Source of the DNA: Epiperipatus broadwayi
Lineage: Eukaryota; Animalia; Onychophora
Length of the DNA: 64,000 nucleotides
Assembly: GCA_028023455.1 (NCBI GenBank)
Contig: JAQFVV010000006.1
Coordinates: 8,866,001 to 8,930,000, forward strand
Reading direction: 5' to 3'
Part shown: one piece after another, positions 14,140-25,748 of the stretch
How positions within the stretch are numbered: the stretch's first letter is position 1
Layout of the letters: every line of letters starts with the position of its first letter
Position numbers and translations under genes: made by a program
The notes under the pieces: model-generated
Seen by the model: only the letters and a program-made list of their open reading frames with translations
What the model was told of the DNA's origin: nothing
Databases searched by the model: none

Positions 14140-14430
14140 AAAACCCACATGACTTTCTCTGCTTTTATCATAAGCATTAGGAGCCCAATTCACTCTATTT
14201 ACTCTACAGCAGAGCCACTTACTGTAAGCATCACAATTCACTATTTATTCTAATGATACATGACCATTTCTGTTTACTTTCCCCATCAGCATTAGATATA
14301 ATTCATTCTATTTATTCTATTGTAATGTACCTACTGTAAGAAGCAAATGAGTTTTCTGTTTACTTTCACCATGTACATTAGAAGCACAATTCATTCTATT
14401 TACTCTACTGCAGAGCCATCTGCTGCAAGA
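14140..14430. repeat. Degenerate tandem repeat related to the 111-bp array at 9891
   Basis: 'aattcattctatttactctac..cagagcca..tactgtaag' recurs about three times. Confidence 0.6.
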
Positions 14431-14629
14431 TTGATTAAACCCCAAGTACCAAATGATTACTAAAGGTCTCAATATATGACTATACAATAGAGCAAATAAA
14501 GTGAATTACTATTTCTAATACAGTGGAACAGCGAGCTATGCTGTATCTAACTACACAACTTCAGCTTTGTTATTCAAAGAAAAACATGAATAAACAAATA
14601 AAAAAAACTTTAAAATTCACAAACTTTGT

Positions 14630-14701
14630 CAAGCATTGGTTGCCTTACAAGCAGTTGTCCCGGGGTTTGCTTCCCGGCCGATGCTTTGACACATAAAAAA
14701 A
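14630..14701 (+). pseudogene. 5'-truncated retrocopy of tRNA-Gly(TCC) with short trailer, poly-A and TSD
   Basis: AGCATTGGTTGCCTTACAAGCAGTTGTCCCGGGGTTTGCTTCCCGGCCGATGC aligns with the 3' two-thirds of canonical tRNA-Gly-TCC; 18-bp direct repeat at 14612-14629 and 14702-14719 (17/18 identical). Confidence 0.75.
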
Positions 14702-15799
14702 AAAATTCACAAATTTTGTGATATGCAACAGCCATTTCCCCTTTTCTGAGCACTGTATACGATCATGTTAAAAAAAAAAATTGTAAATAAATTTTATAAT
14801 ACACTAGCGGCCATTTTTCTGTACAATTATATATATAAATAAAATTTCTTCGATTTCTGTTGAAAGCACAAATACTTTATCTTTCCTTTATTACCCTTTT
14901 TGAATTTGAAAAGCGTAATAAAATATTTTCTAAAAGTAATTGCTGAAAGTTTTATAAAATTTTAGAACATGCTTAAAGTTAAGACTGATTTAAAAATATT
15001 AACATAATTAGAGATCTCATAATTTCTTGATAAAGAGACTTGTCTATTATGTTTCTATAAGAGAAATAAGTTATTGAAAAAAAAAACCAAATCATTCAAA
15101 GCATCTTTAATAATGCTGAAAAATCAGACATTTTGCTATTTACTTTACTTTAAAACTAAAAATAATGTAGTTTTTTTCTTATTTTTATAGCTTCAGTCAG
15201 TGCATAAGTGAACACATACTTGTAAAACATATAAATATGCCCCTTCAATTTATTATTAATAATTACATTGTAATTTTTTAAACTTTTGTTTGCATAGTAT
15301 ACATATAAAAAAGTGTCTGTGTTATATATATGTGTGTATTGAAAGTATGTATACTTGCAGTTTAAAATCACTAAGTTTTCAATTCGAATTAATATTTATC
15401 AACAAAACGTGAGCTATCATACACTAATATACATTTGAAGAGTACGGGGGGGTGTTAGAACAAAATATAACGGAATTTGCGACTTCAATGCGTGTAAATA
15501 GGTACACACATAACTCTATTTCCACCTTTTAAATAAGCATCTAGCAATGCTGACTCCAATGTTTTCTTTATCGCTTCTGTATGCAAGTATTTATGATAAT
15601 GAATTTTTTTTTTTTTGATCCATTCTTAGTGTTTTTTTTCTGGAATTAGAAAGTCTACAATAAAGATGATGACGATATCAAATGTAAAAAGCAATTAGCT
15701 CATATTATTATTATAATTTAGCAAATGGAATTTTTTTTTTTTAAATAGTTAAACTCTTAACAAAATATTGTGAAGGTAACTGTTGAGAATCCGCCCAAG

Positions 15800-16300
15800 A
15801 GATACATTTACTAATGGCTTCCTTATGTCATTTCAATTCGATCACTATAATCATAGAGGTGACAATCAGTGTTTATCTGGTTCATAGTTTGTGCCTGAAC
15901 ACATCTACGAAATCACTACCAAATTTCATTTATGAAGTGAGTGCAATGATTGTAGATTGTTTCAAATCTGTTGAGAAGATTCCAATAACATCTAGGAAGA
16001 TCAAATACGGATGGTCTTTTATTATTGAATGTGGGATAAGAAATTTGTTTGAAACCTTATAAGAAATCCATTTTCAAATGCTTTTATTCAATTTAAATAT
16101 TCTATTTCTTTGTTTGTTTATTTGGATCAAATCTGGTTACTGATTTATAACATATTCTTCTAACGTATGGATTTACTTCAATGATGACGCAGTACTTCAG
16201 AATTGTTCTAGCAATTGCCGACCCTAACAGTGTTAGTGGGCGAAATTTCAAATTGCATTGATATTGGTTTAAGTTTTCAGTGATGCAGAAAGAATGCACT
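15800..16300 (-). mobile_element. Degenerate reverse-transcriptase fragment (PLE-like)
   Basis: LKFRPLTLLGSAIARTILKY..NPYV, then YLIFLDVIGIFSTD, resemble RT motifs 2 and A; several stops. Confidence 0.45.
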
Positions 16301-16509
16301 TTCACTGAACTTCATGACTAATTCGTTAAAAAAATGTTTGTGGTTAATAAAATAGAAAGCAAAAAAGGATGAAATCTTCATTTCTCTTGATTATTTAACT
16401 AAAACTTGCTTTTTAAAAAAATACCGCTTTCATAAATAAAAAAATCTTGTAAATGATTTTTAATGTGTGCAAATTTCATTAAAATAGTGGAAATACAGCG
16501 GCCTTGGTT

Positions 16510-16820
16510 AAAAAATACCCAAAAAATTAAAAAAATAATATATATAAAAAACATTTTATAAAAAAGACTTTTATTTAATTTGATGAGTAGTAATGCACTG
16601 CAAGTCTTCAACCCCAATTTTAGTTATGACTAATTTGAAATAAGAGCACGGGTGTCCATAAATTAGTTAATTCAACCATTACTTTTAAAACTAACGTAAA
16701 CTAACGATTGAATTAATTAATTAGTTAATTCAACCATTACTTTTAAAACTAACGTAAACGATTGAATTAATTAATTTATGGATGCTCCACATATTAATTT
16801 CAAGTCAATTATAACAACTA
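16510..16820. repeat. Dispersed AT-rich repeat with internal ~52-bp duplication
   Basis: 'aatatatataaaaacattttataaaaaa..ctttatttaatt..taatgcact' also occurs at ~41110-41330 and ~53470-53545. Confidence 0.6.
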
Positions 16821-17558
16821 AAATGAGGGTTTTAGAAATGTCTATGAAATTCTATAAATATAAACACCCAAGAAGTTACGGGGATCAATCAAATAGATAT
16901 ATTAGAGCGAAAGGTTAGAGCATAAAATTCCTTTTGGTCAAATGCCAATTATATCAGTTTCAACATCACATTTTTTTCTATACTGGTCACATCTAACTCT
17001 GATAACTAGAATAATTCAGATTTAAGAACTATGAATGAGTTTAGTGAAATTCTGAAAATATAAAGTAATTTAAACAGATGTGAGGAAACAATGTACATTC
17101 CAGCCTTTTGGGAGACCCATTATTTTATCTGATTCCCCTCTCTGTGGCAATGTTTTAAAAAAATCCTTTGACCATAAAACAAAAAAAAAAGTATAGAAAC
17201 TTTGGTTAAGTTTATTCCCACCATATTCAGGCAAGTAAAAAACAATTTAATTCACACATGATACCATTATTTCTTGAGACACAACAGTTTTCCAGAATAC
17301 CATAGCTTTGACAAGAATGAATAAGATTTTGTCAAAATTCTGGAAAACCATTTCTGCAGACAGGATTTCTGTGTCTGTCAACAAGAACATTTGTAAAGAT
17401 TTTAAGTTGGATTCTTTGATTGATGAACAGAAAAATTTTGTCAACATGAAGGAATGATACACACTATGTTCCAAAAATTTTCTCTGATTTCATCTTTTTA
17501 CGGTGAAAATCTTCATTAGACAGATATATGTATATCCATAAATGAAAATGCATATATA

Positions 17559-17743
17559 TGAATTCTTTTGCGGATGTATGTATGCTTTACGAAGCAGTTT
17601 TATTTCTTTTTTAAATTTAGCGTTTGGTAACAAGCATCATGATTACGATGGTTGTCACCAAAAATGCACTCAGCTAAAGAAAAAAATTAAATAAAAATCA
17701 TTTCGTAAAGCATGCACACATACATACACAAAAGAATTTCATG
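17559..17743. repeat. Foldback palindrome / MITE-like element (~185 bp)
   Basis: atgaattcttttg..tttacgaa..tttagc..tttggtaacaagcatc is mirrored by gatggttgtcaccaaa..gctaaa..ttcgtaaa..caaaagaatttcat. Confidence 0.7.
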
Positions 17744-18864
17744 TACTAGGAAAGAGAAAAATTAATAATATATATATGAAAGTAAATATAAATATAGTAG
17801 TAATAATAAGACTATTAGTGTAATATTTATAACGCAAGAAACACTAATTATTTTTGTTTTTTAGTTCCCCAATTAAGATCGCAAATCAATGAAAACAGTT
17901 AGGATATGTGCAAATAAAATATTATTTGAAAATAATGCATTGAAGTTGTTGAATTTACTTGAAACAATAAGAAAAATATGAAGGGAAAATATATATATAT
18001 ATAAATAAACAATATTATTAATCTAGTCTGCACAGTAGGTTTTGATTGGCTGTCGCATGTGGCTTGAAACTGTGACTAGATTTTTAAAATGAAAAGTGCC
18101 GTCTTTCAGTTTGCACTGTTACTTTGAAAAATTGTGGCTTGAAACTTTAACTAAATTTAAAAATGGAACTCTTATTTTATTAAAATGTTTTATCATTCAG
18201 ATGTATATACATATTCATTTAATAGAAATGCGAAGACTACTTCTCTATGATTTGTCAATATAAATGCAAATACTCATTATTTTTTTGGCAGAAAACCTGT
18301 AAGAGTAAAACAGTATTTATTCTTACTACTACCTAAGTTGTTAAAATGAAATGTAGGATGAAACTCAAACCAAGTATAAAGTTTGTATTATTAATTTAAA
18401 CTCATAGCCAATGTATTACAAGTAAGAGCTATTGTGTCTCATTTTAAAACCTTACGACTAATTAATGCAAGTGAATTAATTGTAAATATGTCATAAAAAT
18501 AGTACAAAACTTATAAACATAACAAAAACAGATCGCTTTCAATACAAAAGCTATTATTTCTTTGTCAAAAAATCTATAAGAATAATGGGGCACTTGTATA
18601 CATTATGGCCGTTATTATAAGGGTTGACTTACTGACGAAGGTTGAAAACCAGATATAAACACGATATTATTAATCAACTTGTGATTATCAAACTTACTAT
18701 AGATGGCTCTGGAGTAGAGTGAAGAAAATTGCCATTAACAGCATATGTAAGCAGACAGAGATGTGATGTTTAATGGTTTATACATAAAGTTTTACACTGT
18801 TAAAATAAACAAATATGAGTGTGTGGATTAGCAAATAATAAAGGAGCATGCTTGACTAACTTAC

Positions 18865-18995
18865 CTTTGTTAAGTTTATATCTGTATAGTTTGAAATATA
18901 TAAATAAGTAGAAAATAAAAGACTTAATGGAAAATTAAAAAAACTACTGTACTTCCTCAAAATGTTTACAGTCGTTAAGGTATAAATTGTTGTAC
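18865..18995 (-). CDS. PIGL: PIGL exon (TTIYTLTTVNILRKYSSFFNFPLSLLFSTYLYISNYTDINLTK)
   Basis: Poly-T acceptor tag|, donor AAG|gtaagt; contains the VN.LRKY motif; 131 bp; phases fit neighbours. Confidence 0.95.
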
Positions 18996-19182
18996 CTAAA
19001 AAAAAAAAAAAAAAAGAAAATTAAATATAAATCAAAGCGAATTATTTAATTTATAAAACAAAATATAATTGGATTTCATTAGAGAATATGATCTACGATT
19101 TGAAAAGTTTCAAAAAAATGTCTAACTAATAAACAATTATTATTACGATAACACAAGTAGTAAAGAATAATAAGAAACATAC

Positions 19183-19214
19183 CTATTGGTAATTGTTTAT
19201 CTTTATATAAATCT
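19183..19214 (-). CDS. PIGL: PIGL 32-bp exon (DLYKDKQLPIG)
   Basis: Acceptor tttcag|, donor AG|gtatgt; phase 2 to phase 1 joins the flanking exons in frame; similar to the LH.EGKLPKG segment of PIG-L. Confidence 0.9.
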
Positions 19215-19271
19215 CTGAAATATAATAATACATATAAATAAACAAATGTATAATTAATATATAAATACAAT

Positions 19272-19501
19272 TTATCCACTACTTTGAACACTTTTTAGCA
19301 AAAATCTTATATTGACTTGTATTCATGCGCAATCTTACGTTTCGACTATCCTACAGTCTTCTTCAGAGCCACTTTTACTTTTAAAAAATTTAAAATAAAA
19401 GTGGCTCTGAAGAAGACTGCAAAATAGTCGAAACATAAGATTGTGGATGAATATAGGACAATAAAAGATTTTTGCCAAAAAGTGTTCAAAATAGTAGATA
19501 A
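19272..19501. mobile_element. Family E: foldback element with inverted hammerhead-like motifs
   Basis: Arms ~19272-19380 and ~19395-19501; each has GTGGCT-CTGAAGA-A-GACT..AGTC-GAAA-C(G/A)TA (minus 19332-19372, plus 19401-19440). Confidence 0.65.
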
Positions 19502-20580
19502 GATATTACAGCAAAATAAAATAAGTGGTGAATTTGGTTATATTACCAAACTATATCTTATAATATTATAAGTAAGAGCATTATGCTCCATCTATTAGCT
19601 CATTATTTAATTAAAATACATAATAGACAAAATTTCTGAAATGTGAACTGAATTCAGAATTTGGCTTTTATATAATATTTATACTTTTGTTAAATAATGT
19701 GCTAATATAGGGTACTTCTATGCATTCATTCATAATACATATGTAATTCATGATAATAATTTGAACTGCATATAAATAATTTTACCTTCATTGAATATGT
19801 AATGCTAGGAAAATAAATTGATTCACAGAATATAAAAGTCCAATCCATTATTAAGATAATTTTACAAGCAAGATTTCTAAAGAATCATTTATATAACTAA
19901 AGGTGGAAGTTATTTATTTGTTTTATTTAAATAATTCTCCAGAAATCTTGTTTGTAAAATTATTTTAGTACTGTATTCGGATTGAACGTCTTGTGAATTG
20001 ATTAAAATTCATACAATATTTAAAAAACAAATATAGCAAATTAATTGCACATCTGGAAAAAAAATCCAAATATTTATATACATTTTTAATACTTAAGTGC
20101 ATATAAAATTTATATTTGATTCAAATCTTTATCTCTTTAAACAGATTCTTATTGGAGGAGATATATACAAACAAATGCATAAAGAAGAAATAGAATCATC
20201 ATGCGGGATTTAGAGCCGTTATGGACTAGAGAGTAAAAGTCCTCTGAATCGATTCGTAACTAAGTAACATTTTAAAAAAAGTAGTTTGGTTAAGGGAATA
20301 AAACTTGTTAAGGGTAACTGGGTGCTCAAATACCAGGATCCCCAAGTTAACCATATATATTTTTATTTAATGGAATCATAACGGTGAAACCATTATGATT
20401 CTTCAAAAAATTTTGGAAAACAGTTATGGCACTTTGAAGATCAAAAACATTAGAAATCTGAAAGATAGAAGAATAGAGGCAAAACTCTCCATACAGTGAC
20501 CACTCAGTGCAAACCAGAGTAATCAATGGATGCAGGAAGGTTTGTGCATAACATTCCTATCTACTGCCTTCTCATCCAAT

Positions 20581-20623
20581 ATCCCCAGACTAGTTTCTAG
20601 CTTGTGCTTTCACCAGTGAGGAG
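20581..20623 (-). ncRNA. Family A hammerhead (core CUGGUGA, A6G)
   Basis: CUCCUCA-CUGGUGA-AAGCACAAGCUA-GAAA-CUAG-UC/UGGGGAU. Confidence 0.55.
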
Positions 20624-21032
20624 CCTTGGTTCTGAGAGCACTGCACCTAGATCTTAGGATCTAATGCAACCCTCCAACAGCCACCTTTTACTTTTTTAGC
20701 TAATTATAAAGCTTTGAGTACAAAATGAAAACACAATAATGTTTTCAAGCAAAGCTCATCAGCTTGTATAGTTGTATATATCTGAACGCAGTTCAGCATC
20801 CATACTTTTTGATGTCTTTGGTTCTTTAATTACCATAGTCACCATAATCCTATTGGGCAGGATTGGTATTAAACCATCAAACATCACATACCACCATTCT
20901 TTAGGTTTTTCATAACCTGCTTTTCATAGAGGTGAAACTCTCCATACAGTAGCACCAATCAGTGCAAACCAGAGTAATCAATGGATGCACAAAGGTTTGT
21001 GCATAAAATCCCTATCTAGTGCGTAATCCAAT

Positions 21033-21076
21033 ATCCCCAGACTAGTTTCTATCTTGTGGCTTTCATCAGTGAAAAG
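21033..21076 (-). ncRNA. Family A minimal type-I hammerhead, intact core
   Basis: UUUUCA-CUGAUGA-A AGC CACAA GAU A-GAAA-CUAG-UC/UGGGGA; one mismatch in stem II. Confidence 0.7.
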
Positions 21077-21840
21077 CCTCAGATCAGAGAGCATTGCGCC
21101 TAGATCTTAGGATCTAATGCAACCCTCCAGTGGTTTGCACTGAGTGGCACTACTGGGAGAGCTTTGCCTCTGTGAAAAACAGATTGTGTAAGCCTAGAGA
21201 ATGGTGATCATGTGATGTGAGATAGAATGATGAAAATGGCATTAAACTTAAGAATAGTGAGGTATATGTAGATAGCAAATAGCAAGAAAGTGGATAATAT
21301 CCAAAACTATAGATAGAAAAAATTGCACACCTAGATCAGTTATGGCTGTTGATACTTAAATATATATATATAATTAATCGCTCGGCAGTTCGTAAGAAGT
21401 TTGAAGACCGAAAGTGAAAGAGCTGAACCATTATAAAAACAATTTATGGTGATATGAGAAAAATTTTTAAAAGCATAGATCAAAAAAAGAAAAGTTTTGG
21501 AAACTGGATATGTTAAAAAAAGTTGTGAATAAATTTCAAGCGAAATAATTCAAATTTGCATACATTTGTTTGTCTGCATAACAAAGTGGTTTCTTTCTTC
21601 TTTATAACCTAAAGCTGGGTGCAATAATACAATAACGAAACTGAATAAACTCCAATACTGCAATGCAAAAAGAATTTTATGATCTATGTGCGGCTTTTAC
21701 TGCACAGATCAATGTTTCCTAACCTATGTTCCCCCAAACGCTGGTGTTCTGTAAGTATTTCAAAAGTGTTCCACGATAAAGCCAAATTATTATTACATCA
21801 AACTATTTCATAATATTTAATTTTATATCAATGCAATTAT

Positions 21841-22220
21841 CACATGATCACCATTTCTTATGCTTGTTCATAACTGTTATTAAAACAGGCAAACTCTCCA
21901 TACAGTAGTGCAAGCCAGAGTAATCAATGGATGACTATATAAGTTAATGAGCATATTATGTTTTCAATTTTATCATCATAGTTTTGTAGTTAAGTAGAGA
22001 TAAAAGGTGGCTGCTGAATGGTTGCATTAGATCCTAAGATCTAGGTGCAGTGCTCTCAGATCCAAAGCTCCCCATCAACGAAAGCCTCAAACTATAAAGT
22101 AGTCTGGAGATATTGGATGAGTAGGCACTAGATAGGGATTTTATGCACAAGCCTTCTGGCATCCATTGATTACTCTGGCTTGCACTGGTGGCGCTACTGT
22201 ATGGAGAGTTTTGCCTGTTT
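21841..22220. mobile_element. Family A copy A2, nested in the hAT element
   Basis: Perfect 13-bp TSD tcaatgcaattat (21828-21840 and 22221-22233); tailed arm on the left, inverted arm on the right; HHR at ~22065-22110 eroded. Confidence 0.9.
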
Positions 22221-22889
22221 TCAATGCAATTATGTTTATAGCTTAATATTTAAAATCTCAATTTGATTAGATTACAAATATGTTGATTGTTATTATTCTA
22301 ATTACATTTCTGAGCACTGGCAACCCATAATGTTCTGAAAGTCGATCTGGGCGGCTCAGATCAGTGTCACATTGGAAGCAAGTTTTTACACTACATAAGA
22401 CAAGTGTCTTTCTAAGCCACACATTCTCATACAATATATATGGATCATGAGCAGTTCAGATATTGATAATGCGTTGCTCCATCTTGCATGCATCGGACCA
22501 GTGTTTTTCTGGCCTAAATGCTGGGCTCTTACTCCGAACTCTACTGCTGTCCGCTACTCCCTCCCACTGCTAATGAAAGAATGGAGGAAAGTCAGATATT
22601 TAGCTATCTCTACAGTTTATTTTTGCCTTTGTTTTCAAACGGAGATGGTACATGTGTAATTGTTACACAGTTAAAATTCTATTTACAACATTCTATTAAT
22701 AAACAATTGTAAGTTAATTAAATATATATATAATTATAACTTATAATAAATTTTATACCTCTATAAATGACAGATAGATTTACCATAAAGAAAAATAATT
22801 ATAATACAAGTTCAAGCGATGACTATGAGAATGAATAGGCAGAAAGCTTAAATCGAAGGCCTGTCTATTAAAAAAAAATGTAAAATTAA

Positions 22890-24560
22890 TCGCCAATATA
22901 TGGATGAATATATGAATTAGGTTTTTACATGGACAGGCAATAAAGATTACCCATTACCATTGGGTTGTGTATGTGGACTTAAACTTAAAACAGGCACGTG
23001 ATCATGTGATGTTTATGGACTTATACTTGCTAATAGTATAATGGTTCCTACAAAATTGAAATGATATTTTACAACTAAGCATGAAATTCAAATAAAAAAA
23101 GGATTTATTGGGAGACTTTTAAATACAAAAAACAAACAAACATCATACAAAAAATTGTGAAATTATCAGACAAAACTCAAATAGCACCTTACAAGATTGC
23201 AGAATTAATAGCTATGAAACAAAAACCACATACCATAGTCGAGTCACTAATTTTACCAGCATGTTATCGCCAATATTACGTTTGGGGAAGATGCGAAAAA
23301 AGAAATAGTGAAAATGCCTCTCTCAAATAATACTATTCAAAGAACAATAATTGATATGGCATGACATTAAAAGCAAACTTGCAAGTAAATTTCACAATAC
23401 AAACTTCACTCTTCAAATAGATGAATTCACTATATCAATGGAAAAGCTGTTTTATTTGAATTCATTAAATTTGTTAAAGAAAATAGAATAGTCAATGAAT
23501 TTTTATGTTGTACAAAATTATCAGAAAGAACAACGGGAGAAGCTGTTTATAACAAAATTAATTCTCACTTTGAATATTTAAATTTGACCTGAGAACAATG
23601 CATGGACATTTGTACTGATGGGGCTCTATCAATGGTAGGCTCAGTCAAAGGATTTGTGATATTTGCAAAACAATGAAGCAGCTAGATTTATTTAAACTAT
23701 TGCTTCTTACATAGCAGGCACTTATTGCAAAAACATTACCAGCAGAATTAGAAAATGTTCCGACTAGAGTTGTTAATATTGTAAATTACATAAAGGCGAG
23801 ACTGTTGAAATTTTAAATTTTTAAACAACTGTGTTTAGTGATGGAAGGAAAATATGAAGACTTACTTTTTCATACAGAAATCAGGTAGTGTTCTTGAGGA
23901 AAGGTGTATGCTGGAACTAAATAAAAAATTGCTCCGTTTCTTCGAGCAAAAAAATATATACTTCACATAAGATCTTAAGAATATGTGGTGTGCTAAATTG
24001 GACTATTTAACAGATATTTTTAATTATTTGGACACTGTCAATATGACCATGCACGGTACAAATGAAAACATCTTAACACTAGCAGCTGACAAAATATCGG
24101 CTTTTCTTCGTGTTTCCATGAAATCAGAACATTTATCAATAATGGATAACAATATAAGAAAATATTTTCCTTCTCTGGACAGGGACAAATATGATTAGGT
24201 TACAAATCCATTTTCAAAAGAATTACCTAATAATTCTGAATTTAATGTGCCAGAGAAAGAGGAGCTTATATCATTGTCATCTGACCACCACTTTGAAGCT
24301 CAAACTTGCTGAAACGAGTCCTGGTGAATTCTGTATATCTGTCCAACAAGAATATTCACAAATATCAAAAAAAGCCATAAATATTTTCTTATATTTTTCA
24401 ACTTCATATTTATGTGAAGTAGGATTTTCCACGTTAACCAATGTAAAAACTAAAAAAAGAGATGGTTAATAAATTTAGAGGAAAAAATGACGGCGGCCTT
24501 GTCTTATATACATCCCAACATAAAAGAAATACATAGAAAAACATCTGGCACAAGTTTGGC
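22890..24560 (+). pseudogene. ZBED5/SCAND3-like hAT transposase pseudogene
   Basis: BED-like GFTWTGNKDYP, IAELIAMKQKPHTIVESLILPAC, LSNNTIQR, CTDGALSMVG, LLFHTEIR, YLTDIF, FSTSYLCEVGFS; many stops and frameshifts. Confidence 0.9.
22987..23010 (+). mobile_element. Family A copy A3: 24-bp termini-only insertion
   Basis: AAAACAGGCA + CGTGATCATGTGAT between 18-bp direct repeats (22969-22986 and 23011-23028, 15/18), interrupting the hAT BED-finger region. Confidence 0.7.
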
Positions 24561-25433
24561 ATTAAGTGAGTTACTTGAGTAAAACTATTTTTTCTTTAAA
24601 TATTTTTTTTAATTATAAATTACAATTTTTTCAATAAATATTAAAATATAACAATAAATATTGTTTTGAAATTGTAACTGTCCAATTTTAATTAAACGAC
24701 TGATAACAAACATTTTATTTTAACTTAAATAAGTGTTCCGCCTAAAGATTTTCTTCACGAGAATGTTCCTTACTTTAGAAAAGGTTGGGGATCACTGGCA
24801 TAGAGAGCAAAAGGCCTTATAAAAAAGCGGTTAAACTATGCTTTCATCAGGTCCTGGATTTTGAACCTGGTAAATTGTAACTTGAAAATTTTTCAGATTA
24901 TAAGATTTAAATTTTTTTTTCTCTTAGATAATCATGATCCAAGACCAAACAATTAGTCATTTATTTAATCGCAGGTTAATAAAAGGGTATCTAACTATTC
25001 TTAGCTAGAAAATGAAAAACCAAGAAGAAATACAATAAACTTTCATCACATGGTGAAGATAAGATTTTCTCCTCTTACAAAATGTTTTTGTCTTGCAGTG
25101 CATTGTTAAAAGGTTGTACTTTTTTTTTTTTTGTAACAGAGAAATATTGCAAATACATGATTTGTAAGCAACAGGTGAATGAATTCTGTAAAAGTTTGGT
25201 AAATTAGAAAGAGGATTGACAAACTGTCAAAACTAATCCCTGAGAAGTTACAAAAATTTTAAAAAATACTATAAATTCAAAGTGATACTGAAAACCAACC
25301 TACGTATGAATGCAATATGTAATTAGACTTGAAGTTTGTTTTCATTAAAGTTTTGTTTTCATTAAAGTTTAAAAATTATTACAGTTCTGTGCCCTAGCAA
25401 AGATCGAAATAATCTACAATCTTTATGAAGAAT

Positions 25434-25748
25434 CACATGATCGCCGTTTCTTATGCTCGCTCATAACTGTTATTAAACAGGGAAAACTCTCCATACAGTA
25501 GTGCCACTCAGTGCAAGCCAGAGTAATCAATGGATGCCAGAAGGTTTGTGCATAAATCCCTATCTAGTGCCTAATCATTCAATATCCCCAGACTAGTTTC
25601 TAGCTTGTGGCTTTAAACTAGTCTGGGGATATTAGAAGATTAGGCACTAGATAGGGATTTTACGCACAAGCCTTCGGGCATCCAATGATTACTCGGCTTG
25701 ACACTGAGTGGCACTACTGTATGGAGAGTTTTGCCTGTTTTAATAACT
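25434..25748. mobile_element. Family A copy A4 (hairpin)
   Basis: Perfect 12-bp TSD tttatgaagaat (25422-25433 and 25749-25760); the arm junction lies inside the HHR. Confidence 0.9.

Larger units (their letters stand above)
20475..21216. mobile_element. Family A HHR element, copy A1 (inverted arm of ~1.45 tandem units plus forward 3' end)
   Basis: Unit repeats at 453-bp spacing (ctctccatacag at 20485 and 20938); ends GGTGATCATGTGAT; degenerate TSD (agatagaa core). Confidence 0.85.
21710..24797 (+). mobile_element. hAT DNA transposon (Charlie/Buster-type), full length, decayed
   Basis: TIRs CAATGTTTCCTAACCT and AGGTTGGGGATCACTG; candidate 8-bp TSD gcacagat/gcatagag (6/8); internal transposase. 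Confidence 0.85.

Noticed and set aside
19786-19804. 19-bp cryptic exon with good splice signals in a PIGL intron
   Set aside because: It would shift the frame and there is no supporting evidence; such signals arise by chance in AT-rich introns.
24843-24875. CTGATGAAAGC on the minus strand as a family A ribozyme
   Set aside because: The match does not extend; the context is a B-box-like SINE fragment.
25149-25177. Alternative candidate for the short PIGL exon (IHSPVAYKS)
   Set aside because: Weak donor; 19183-19214 has better splice sites and better protein similarity.
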